This document shows, in pieces, positions 22,907-33,540 of a stretch of 64,000 nt of DNA. A program made the translations under genes and the position numbers. Origin of the DNA: Amoebidium appalachense. Taxonomy: Eukaryota; Protista; Ichthyosporea. The notes below the pieces were generated by a model, which was not told the DNA's origin, ran no database searches, and saw only the letters and a list, made by a program, of their open reading frames with translations. Within the stretch, counting starts at the first letter, position 1. Each line of letters opens with the position of its first letter. Location: NCBI GenBank assembly GCA_963693365.1, contig CAVNZM010000008.1, forward strand, positions 1,364,001 through 1,428,000. The letters are read 5' to 3'.

Positions 22907-23312
22907 ACGCACACACCAGCACACAGACACACACACAGCACACACACATACACATACAGAGAAAGTGAGAGAGTACCCCACACATGACACCGGGAGCCCG
23001 AGCGCTGTGCGCGCACAATTAACACGTGAGCTTCGTGAGCCGCGGCCGGCTGCCGATCATAGGCATGTGCCGCGGATCCAGCCGCTGTGACCCTTATTAA
23101 TCTTCTCAGATTGATTAATCTTCTTTTACGCTCGCACGCACCTCTTCTCGAAGGTGTATAATAAACATGGATATTATAGACATAAACACCCAAAAAAAAA
23201 TTACATAGGCGTTTTCTTGACTATCAAAACCAACTTTTTGCTTACTTAACATGTATTTTTGGGCTGCTGGGTAAGTCGGTGGAAGCGCCGCAAATGTGAT
23301 TAACGTTGAAGA
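20064..23312 (+). mobile_element. Putative piggyBac-like DNA transposon remnant (TTAA-flanked inverted repeats)
   Basis: 20057-20081 TGATTAATCTTCAACATTAATCTCA matches the reverse complement of 23295-23319 at 23/25. TTAA lies at 20060-63 and 23313-16. The pair encloses a transposase-like ORF. Confidence 0.55.
20632..21126 (+). pseudogene. Truncated transposase N-terminus, piggyBac/DDE_Tnp_1_7-like
   Basis: Acidic N-terminal tail, then LDLFFSPLILQTLLETIN...TLHDLHGFLKVICYLSFYG, resembling the piggyBac pre-catalytic helices. No DDD domain was found downstream. Confidence 0.5.
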
Positions 23313-23897
23313 TTAATCAAGGTCCCTCTACCTCCCGGGGGCTAACGCGTACTAATTGTCAATTGAATCTTGCATACACCAATCAAATACGACCTGGATC
23401 TATCGCCCAGTTCGCTACATGCGCTTCGAGGCATGTCTTGATGCTTGATGCCCTCATGCGCAACTGCCCAGGGCCGGTCCGAGCCTCAGCTCTCAGGACG
23501 GGTGTAGCGGACTGTTGCGTTTTGTAGGGTCAGTTAGGTTTACTCTTACAGTGTACCCTGCCGCGTAAAACGTGTGCAGTCCTGCATGTAAACTGTGTTC
23601 ATATGCTGCTTGTCCTGTTAAGGCGTTTGTGTCTTTCGCGCCCCTGTCCCCCAGTACAGTGGCGATAACGTTGGCTATAGAGTCGGGCATCCTCTAACGT
23701 GATGTTATGCAAGAGGTTTTTATCGGTTAATTGCACTGCGTACCACATTTCTGCCTTTCCCTCGTACACCCAGTATGAGGAGGACTGCTACTGCGTTGTC
23801 GGAAAAGGTTTAGGAGAGGGAGGTCCGCAAACCTCTATGTCACGTCGACGGTGGCATCTTGCTCCAGCTTTGGGACGTCTTTGAAAGAGGTTGGTTG

Positions 23898-23940
<43 letters not shown>

Positions 23941-24169
23941 GTCACACACACGCACACACACACACACACATGAGAACATGCACACGCACACGCACACACA
24001 CACGCGGGGGCACAGGGTCACACCGTTGCACACAGTCTCACACGCAATCAATGCGTGTGTGCACAACACACACACGTGCACACACAAACGCACACAGGCA
24101 TGTCCAAGGAGCACAGGGGGGTTGGGGGGGGGGGGGGGGAGGGGAGGAAGCGACCCAGCGCGCACGCGC

Positions 24170-24177
24170 GCGAGAGG

Positions 24178-24212
<35 letters not shown>

Positions 24213-24229
24213 GGGGGAGAGGGGGGGGA

Positions 24230-24323
<94 letters not shown>

Positions 24324-24400
24324 CTCAGAGGGAGAAAGAGAGAGAGAGGGAGGGAGAGGGGGACAAGAAGGGAGAGGGGGGGAGAGAGAGGGGGGGGGGG
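24170..24400 (+). repeat. (GA)n microsatellite / purine tract
   Basis: Read directly. Confidence 0.9.
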
Positions 24401-25171
24401 GATTGATCCAAGGGGCCCAGAGACGCGGTAAGTAGTACATCGTTTTCTTGCTTTTTGTTGCACCTTACAGAGGCTACCGTCTTCGGATCCACTTGGCTGT
24501 GCCAATACCTCCAGGCAGAGGCTCATGATCAGTGGGACAGTCTGATATAGCATGTTGATAGGTGTGAGTTTTTGTGTCGCGTTTTACCTCTTTCCCTACG
24601 GGTGTCTGCTACACTAGCTGGCAATGTGAACACTTTAGACTTTTTGTTGAATTCTGTTGGTCGTCACATTGCGTATTTATACGATTTTCATACAGTGTTC
24701 AGGTATCTCAGTATGCAGTTGTTACTGGATAACTCGTGAAGTTTTTTATTGTCTTCTCAGTATGCCGTGCATACTTGCATATCTTTCCGTCGAATAAATC
24801 CAGTCAAAAGAATAAAATATACATTCGTATGCGTGTAACTTATCTGGATAGATGTTGAGATAAATCACTCATCATCGTGTCATTGTCGCATTCATTCGAA
24901 AATTTAATAATGCTGCCCACCTCCGGATCCGGGGAGGAGGCGGGGGGGAAGCGTGGACTGGGGTCCGGGAAGGGCGGGAGGGGGGGGGGGGGGGAAGGGG
25001 GGAAGGAGGTGGGGAAGGGAAGAGAGGGAGGGAAGGGGGGGAGGGAGGAGAGGAGTGAAGGAGGATGGTATGACTTGAATTGGGGACAACTGCAGGGGGG
25101 GGAGGGGGGGAGGTTGAACTCAAGGGATCTGGAGATTGGCAGGCCTGACTGAGGGAGGGGAGGAAGGGGAA

Positions 25172-25210
<39 letters not shown>

Positions 25211-25974
25211 GAAGTTGGGTGTGTATGCTTTGGGGGGGGGGGGGGGAGGAGGGGGAGAGGGGGGAGGCATAGGTCAAATCAGTGCCCAATGTCTTATCGC
25301 CTCCTCATGTTGGCTGCTAATATATCTTTATTAGCCGCTGATGCATATTCTTGTTTGAGAACCATGCAAGTGCACAACTTGGTGTGCGTACGTGCTTCAC
25401 GCAGGTTACCTCAGGAGTCCCCGCGTGTCCGTGAGCCGTTGCGCATGTGCACCCCGGACAACGGGCACGGTGGTGTGGGGGGCAGACGACACAGCACAAA
25501 TTAAAGTGACAGCACCGTCATGTACATATCTGTTGACAGCAAAGATGATGTGATTACGCGGTCACATATCGTGGCTGAGCTACATAATAATATTAGCCGC
25601 TGTGGACTTGACACACGTGATATATCTCTTTTTCTGCCCAGGCTGAAGAAGTGAGCATCGGAGTAATATCTCCGTCAGGATGTTTAAAAAGAAAATGTAT
25701 GTCAGCGACGAACCAGGTGGCCATAATTCAAGAAGACATGCATGGCCGACAGGCTTCAGTTGTACATTTGTCATTGCAATGCATGTTGTGCTGTGTCACG
25801 GGTTGGGTTTTAACTCAAACTAACCAAATAAAGTAGGTCCGGGCAACCAATCATTGCCCCTGTCATCTCCTATTCAGATCTACCAATGACCCCAGTTTCC
25901 CATGCCGCCTCTATCCACGCTTATCCACGGGCGCAAAACACATGAAACCTGCTTGGGCACGCCCCCGCGCGGTC

Positions 25975-25982
25975 TATATAAA
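25975..25982 (+). promoter_or_regulatory. TATA box of the secreted peptide gene
   Basis: CTATATAAAGG ~95 bp upstream of ATG 26073; CCAAT motifs near 25847 and 25883. Confidence 0.6.
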
Positions 25983-26072
25983 GGCCCACCCATCCTGTCA
26001 ACCACACCACAAACCACTCTCTGCTTCTGTACTTCCAACGCATTTCTTTTTCTTCCTCCTCTCATTGACAAC

Positions 26073-26489
26073 ATGGCGCGTTTTCTTCTACCCATCCTTG
26101 CCGCTGTTCTTGCCCTGGCCGTTGCCCCCCTGCACGCACAGGCACCGCACCATGAAATGGGGCTGAGCGAAGAGGTGGGGGCTATGGACATGGGAGAGTA
26201 TCTGCACGAGGAGAGAGAGAGGAGGGAGGTGGAGGTGGACGACCATGACAGTGTGGATGTGGAGGATGAGGAGGCGGAGTACGACCATGACGACCAGGAG
26301 GAGGTGTGTTTGTGCATGCGTGTGTGTGTGTGCGCGCGCGTGTGTGTGCGACCGTGTGTGTCGCCACTGATTTTCGTGAATGTGTGTGCTTTCCTCCCGG
26401 CACATTTATTTTTTCTCTATTTATGTACATGTATATTCAACTTGAAGCCTTTAAATTTTATAGCTTAACTTTATGATTTGTCCCCCCCC

Positions 26490-26520
<31 letters not shown>

Positions 26521-27206
26521 ACCACCACCACCACCACCACCACCACCACTTTTTTATTTATTTATTATTATTGTTATTTTTTTTTCTGCTGAAGGTAACT
26601 TATAATAACTGTGTAAAATCTCTCGAATATCCTGCATCTCAGCAATGGCAGCCCCATTATTAGGCCCCTGCACTGAAACACACACACACGCTCACACATT
26701 GTCAAACGCACTGAGTATATACACAGAAAATGGCAGTGTAGAGCGAGGGACTCCTAAAGAAGAAGGGGGGGGGGGGGGGGGGGGAAGGGGGGGGGGGGGG
26801 GGGGGAAGAGGGGAAACACCTTGTTCATGCAGCACACCCAAACACACACGGGCGGCCGCTGTTTATACTCTTCTGATTCTTGCGCACCTCGGCTGTCAAT
26901 GATATTACAGTTAGAGCCCAAGTTGAATAGTCTCATAGAACCGTCGGCGTCTGAGTAACCACTGCTAGCCCATGGCCATGGATAGTGCAAATATGACTCA
27001 CACGGGCCATGCAGATGCACGTGAGGGAGCGCCGTCAGTACCGCGGTGAGTGTGCCCGGTGCCAGCGCTGCATTGCCAACTGCTACCGCCACCACACCCG
27101 CATTCTCTTCCGCCACTGCTACCGTGACTGCAGGGGCTCCCGTCGCTGCCAGCACTGTGACGTGCCTGCTACCCCCCGCGAGCACGGCCACCACTTTTCC
27201 GGTTGA
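26073..27206 (+). CDS. Secreted Cys-rich prepropeptide, 140 aa, 2 exons: 26073-26303, 27015-27206
   Basis: Signal peptide MARFLLPILAAVLALAVAPLHA, an Asp/Glu-rich pro-region, a phase-0 intron (GAG|GTGTGT...TGACTCAC...GCAG|ATG), then MHVRERR followed by QYRGECARCQRCIANCYRHHTRILFRHCYRDCRGSRRCQHCDVPATPREHGHHFSG*. Both exons show C/G-ending codon bias. Confidence 0.82.
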
Positions 27207-27300
27207 GCCAATGTAGAGACACTGCCAATGTAGAGACACTGCCTTTTTTTGTATGACGTATTGGTGGCATTGGTAGTGATAATATTTTTTTGCAGCTTTA

Positions 27301-28339
27301 GGGCCTGTTTGGTAGCGCGCTAAATACGGTTTTTTATCGTATTCGTATTTAGGGCCTAAATACGTATACGATCCCGTGGCATGCCAAACACGCCGCGGGC
27401 TTTTATTTTTTGTAAATACGATAGGGATCGCTTTTATATCGTATTTACGAAAATCACCTCCGGAGGTGATTTTCGTAAATACGATATAGGAAATTAGCCA
27501 ATCAGAGCATTTCGCATCATTTATTGGCTATCAGCAAGCCAATGGTACAGCGCTCGTAAGCCGCGGCGGGCACATTTTTACTACAGTACGCATGCCGGCG
27601 CATGCACGTGAATAATTCAATGTTAGAAGGTCGGTGTCATACACGTCATTTTGTGTACATTCTCAGTTAAAATTGGCACATGAATTTGGGCTGCACAGGT
27701 AAGACAGAGGACGAGGAACCCTACGCGGTGCATGATAACAAGCTCAGACTGTATATATATGCCATAATAATCATTGAAACGATACTGGACTCCGATATAT
27801 GCATTAATAAAAAACAATCAAATGTACATGTACAAACTCGGTGACATGCAGGCACGAGTTTTGTATAGGCAAGGACAAATTTTAACACTCATTATGTGTT
27901 CAGATATGTGGGGAATGCCAGGGACGAACGTTGGTGACGTAAAACGAGGTCTCTAGCAAGGCTTACACTAGCCACCGCAATAACTGGCAGTATCCCTTCA
28001 ATAACGTTAACAGACATTCTAACCTATTGTTAAACAGAGCAAGACTCACTGTCCGGCGGTGACTCATTTTTGCCGTTCGTTACGTAATACTGACTACAGC
28101 TGCACCAGTCTATATGCATGGAATACCGAAGGATGATCAATGGGTGCGAATAGGGCCAATAAGATCTCGTGAACCATGTATCGACATTCAATGTGACCAG
28201 TCACGCCTGACAGCGTTTGGAAGGCACCAACCGTATTTAGGCCCTAAATACGCATACCACGATAAATTTTGTAAATACGGTAGATCGTATTTAGGGCCTA
28301 AATACGAATACGATTATTGGGGTGCTGCCAAACAGGCCC
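27301..28339. mobile_element. PIF/Harbinger (Tourist-like) non-autonomous DNA transposon, 1039 bp
   Basis: TIRs GGGCCTGTTTGG(T/C)AGC at both ends. TTA target duplication at 27298-27300 and 28340-28342. Subterminal CGTATTTAGG(G)CCTAAATACG repeats at both ends. Confidence 0.9.
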
Positions 28340-29845
28340 TTAAATTTTCAGGCCTACTATGTACATTAGAGCCATGCCATAACATGATGTCGGAGGGGAC
28401 GCTATTCGATAGCACTGTGTGTTTTGTCACTTCGACTTTGCACTGATCACGAGCAAGCCTTGGACTTGGTGCAGTGATGTTGAGTGTTAATAAAAAATTA
28501 CCGAAGTAAACCACAGACCAACGGATTAACTAGCCCACCCCGCCTTCCCCCCCCTCCCCTCCCCTTCCCCCCTCCTCCGTCCCTCCCCCCATCCCTCCAA
28601 TTTGAAACAAAAAAAAAAAAAGTAAAGTGCGCCCCCCCCCCCCCCCCCCCCCTCCCAAACAAAAAAAAGGATTCGGGGTAAATTGCCCCCCCCCCCCCCC
28701 CCCCTTCCCCCCCCCCCCCCCCTGGAAAAAAATAAATAAATAATAAAAGCCTGACAACCCTTTGCAACCCACCTGTCCATCCTGGCTGACTGCCCAACCA
28801 CGCCAATCTGGGTGCAGTGTATCAGTATGTGCCAATGGGAGGGTTCATAGGGAATTAAGGGCGTTAGGTCTTTTTGGCATCACAAGACAAGCTTGAACGG
28901 CATTCCAAAGCTGTGTTGCAATGTGAGTGACTGTAAATATGTGGCAACTCCTATGAAAATCCTCGTCATTCACTAGCAACCAAAATGAATTGAGTTACTG
29001 GGCCTTTTCTGGGAATGTTTTGGCGGGAGGCCGGGAAATCTCAGGGGGGATGCCGAACAGCATGGAACCAAGATTGGTCGGCCGCTTGCACGTGGTGGCT
29101 ACTAGGAGGGATGAGAGAGGAGGTAGGGGAGGGCGAAGCGAGAATTAATAACTGAGAGAGAAAGGGAGGGATAGAGGGAGGGGCGTAGGGAGGGTGGGGG
29201 GAGGGAGGGAGGGGAGGAGTGAGAGAGAAGAGAGAAAAAGAGAGAAATGGGGAGAGAGAGATCTCATAGGTGAAGAGGAGGGGAGGGGGGATGAAGATGT
29301 TTTGGGGGGGGGGGGGGGGGGGAGGGGAGGGGAGGCGCGGGGGGGAGGGGGGTAGGGGGGAGGGGGGTTGTGAGAGAGGGAAACAGAATTTGTACACATA
29401 AATTCAAATGCTGGGTGCTAGTGGTGTCCCTTTTCAGTTATTCAATGTAAGCAGCAATATCATGCTGTGGCTTAATAGACAGCATACCGCTAGGCTAACT
29501 GTAAGAGGCACCTATATATATCCCCATCGAGGTCCCAACAGGTCAAATGTGTGACCCATAGCAGATAGGAGGCTAATCCTTTATGCCATTGGGTCAGACG
29601 GTGGCCTCCGCTGCAACGGGATACAACAAAAATCTTCATGTGCCACACAATCAGCCCCCCCCCCCCCCCCCCCCCCTCCTTTCCCCCCCCATGCCCCCCC
29701 CCCCCCCCCCTCCCCCCCCTCCCCCCCCCCCCCCCCCTCCCCCCTCCCCCCCCCCCCCCCCCCCCCCAAATCCAAAAAAAAAAAAGTAAAGAGAAAGGAG
29801 AAAAAGAACGTAAAAGAAAAGGGAGAAAGGGAGGGGGGGGGGGGG

Positions 29846-29886
<41 letters not shown>

Positions 29887-29900
29887 AGAAAGAGAGAGAC

Positions 29901-29948
<48 letters not shown>

Positions 29949-31264
29949 CCCCCCCCCCCCCCCCCCAGCAGTGTGTGTGTCTCTGTGTGTGCAGTGCCCT
30001 CTCTCCCCCCCCCCCCCCCCCTCCCCCTCTCCCCCAACAAACTCACACACACACACTGGGCCCCTCAACTTGCCCCTCTGTTGCTGCAACATTACCAATA
30101 GGTTAACTGCAGGGGCAGAGCACATTTTATATAACAATGCTGACCGTCACATGAGGATACGTAAATCCCACCTTGTGGCACACTTAGTGTACATATGCAT
30201 GTGGATGCAGCAACTGAGGTTCCTGCTGACACCATCTACTGAAAATTCTAAGGAAGAGCAGGCTGTTACGGAGGGGCTGTCTAGGGTGAGATGGAGTGAA
30301 TTGTACATGAATGTTGAGAGGAAAGAGGGGAGGGGGGGGGGGGGGGGGGACGGGGAGGGAAGGGGAGGGAAGAAAAGGCCCTGGGGAGGGGAGGGGAAGG
30401 AACGGGGGGGGGGAGAGGGGGGGGAGGAAGGGGGGGAGGGGAGGGGAGGGAAGGAGGGGGGGAGATGGAAGGAAGGAACGCGGGGTGGGGGGGGGGGGGG
30501 GGGAGGAGTTGGGGGGTGGAGGGGGGGAGGGGGGGGAGGGGAGGGGAGGGGAGGGGAGGGGGGGGGGGGGGGGGGGGGGGAGGGAGGGAAAGAACCGGGG
30601 TGGATGGGTGGGGTGGGTGGGGGGGGGGGGGGGGGGGAGAGGGGCAGCAACAGAGTTTGGCAGGAGCAGAATACTCTTGAAGTCTACAGATTTCCCTGGG
30701 TGGGGAAATAGTGAACGTTTACAGTATAATGTGTGTGTGCGATATGCAGAGTCATGTGTGTGTGTGCAGCATGCTGTACACGTGGTGTATTTGCTTGTGC
30801 GGACATGTACTGTGTGTGAACCTCAGGGCTTCTTGAACTCAAAATTTACTCATCACATTGTCAAACTTCACACGGTACTACGGCAAAATTTATTCATCGC
30901 ATTGTCAAACTTTACACGGTACTACGGCAAAGATTATTGTTTTGTGAAACGCAGGCAATATTTCTTTCAGTCAATACAATTTTATGGCGCTCAGACTGCA
31001 ATCTTTGCACGTTTACCGGCTGCACGTTTACCGGCTGAAATAAAGTTGGTCTGCAATCCTCCATTCATTGCTTCTGTTTACAGGGGCCTCAGGCGCCAAT
31101 CTTCCTAGGGCAATCAATAAAGACACCATGAGTGGCACGGTCGTTGTACTTAGCAACGAGGGTGCGCACAAGCACAGTTAGTTGCTACGAACATGAGAGT
31201 ATTTACAGAAATGCCTCGACGGCCTTTACAAACAAAACTTGTTACAGTACATCTTCAGTGGGTT

Positions 31265-32491
31265 TTAGGCAGCGACAGGCCCCTTGGGAGCTTTGGCTTT
31301 GTCCGAGGCCGCTTTCTTCTTGCGGTAGAATAGTGCCCCACCAACAACCAGTGCAACGGCCGCTATGGCGCCAACCACACCGCCAGCAATAGCCCCGGCG
31401 CTGCTGCTGCTGCTGCTAATGGGGGTAGCATAGTCCGAAGGGTAGTCCGTGCCTGTTGCCTTGACTTCGGCGGTGGTGGTGGTGGTGGGCTTGCTGATAG
31501 TTGACGTAGATGTAGGCACTGCTGCATACTGGGAGATGAAGTTGCAAGTTAATGACATGTTTTTGTTTTTGATTTTGATTTTTTTGGTTTAGACGGTTGG
31601 TTTAGAGGTTAATGAGAGCATAGCCCTCGCTCTAGCACGGTGTGCGGCTGCACAAGCACAGGATATTGCACAAACACAGATTCTGTATAGAGAAATTAGT
31701 GAGATTCCGGATGCTGTCCCCAAAACCCACGGGAGGGAGGGGGGTGGTAGGGATAGTGGGGACGGAGAGGGGAAGGAAAGAACTGTGGTAAAACGGAAGT
31801 AAAGGTTGCCAAGAAATAGAAGATTAATTGAGGTCATTTGCACGTGTTCACAATCTTCCTGTTCATAATCTCCTAGGGGTGATCACCAGGGTGTACACAA
31901 TGTGGAAGCCATAGTAGTACCTGTGTGATCGGAAGCGGGGTGACAGGCAGGACAACAGCAGAGCCATTGCTTGGGATACTGAATGTCTGGTCGTCACCGT
32001 AACTCTCCACATCTGCTGCACGGCGGCGGCCTGCTGCATTGATGGCCAAAGCATTGCCGTTGGTGCATGTAAGCTTAACGTTGCACGTACCAGCCGTTTT
32101 GATGCTCAGCTGTGTGGGTTTGCCACCCTTGTATTGAATCTGGGGTGGATACACACAATGAGAAAGAAACACACAATGAGAAAGAGAGAGAGGAGAGAGA
32201 GGGAGAGAGGGAGAGAGAGGGGAGGGGAAGGAGAGAGTGAGAGAGAGGGGGGGGGGGGGGTGATAGGGAGAGAGAGAACAGGTGAGTGTGAGTGTGTGTG
32301 TGTGGGGAGGGGGGGGGGGGGGGGGGGGGGGGGCAACTTATTTTCAGTGCTGTGAAATGTGATGGTTGCTAATGTTGCTAGAACTGTTCTCGTCTCTGGC
32401 ATTTCTAGTTGTGACGGACGTTTCTAGTGGTGATGGAGATTTCCAGTGGTATTGATGTTTTTTTTCTTCTTTTCTTTCTTTTTGTTTTTTT

Positions 32492-32535
<44 letters not shown>

Positions 32536-33508
32536 GAAGGGGGGGGGAAAGAAAGAAACGGGGGATGCGGGGGCAGGGGGAGAAGGGGCGGAGGAAGAGA
32601 GAGACAGAAAGGGGGATACTGCTTTTGCCTACAAGATTTGTCAGCATCTTTCTAAGTTCTTCCTACCATGTTCCCAGAAGGAGGAGAGGGGGGCAGGGGG
32701 GAGGGGGGAAGGGGTGGGGGGGGATTAAAAGAGCGCTGCCACTCTAGGGATGGACGAGTGCAGGAGAATTGTCATCCTCCGGCGGATGAGGATGTGCTTG
32801 TGCAGGGACATTCGTTTGGGGGAAGGGAGAGGGGTGTGCCAGGCGAGCGGGCGGGGCGGCGCCCCGGGGGAAGGGGGGGGGGGGGGGTAGGGGGGGGGGT
32901 TAGAACATGAAAAATGTGATCAGGGTAATCGTGACGCACATAACTGCATGAAGTCCACTAGTGAGAATATGTTTTATCGGATCATCTAAACTTACCGATC
33001 CACTAATGCCACATGCGTCACGGGCAGCGCGTTCGTCATAAAATTTGCGCAAGTCGTCCATCTTCAGCGAGATAATCGGAAGGCTAGACCACTCCAAAAA
33101 GCGGTTCACAATAGTCTCAATCCACATGCACATCAGGCAGCTAGTGGAAACACCATCATGTCAGTGCATCTGCAACTGCAGTGGCAAACAGATGAAATGT
33201 GCATTTGGGCAAGAAAAATTGAGGTTTAGGAGATATTTTTGAATCGCCTCTTCCCCCACTCCCCTCCTCTTCTCTAGTACAATCGTGAGCAGTTGATAGG
33301 AACCCTCCCTCCACCCTTGTGTTCTTTCAGCCTGAGCCCAATACGGGACAGGAGAGCATCAGCGTGAGTGATAATGCAGGAAGCCAACCCCCTTCACCCC
33401 CCCCCCCCACCCCCCCTTTGCCCCCCCCCCCCTCCACCCGCCCACCGGGAACAACTCCCATGCACACATATGCCTCATGCACACGCACTTCTTCCACAAT
33501 CGAAGGGG

Positions 33509-33540
<32 letters not shown>

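Noticed and set aside
23330-23890. Non-repetitive stretch with short ORFs on both strands
   Set aside because: Interrupted by stops and no recognisable motif; possibly a decayed gene or TE, but I cannot support a call.
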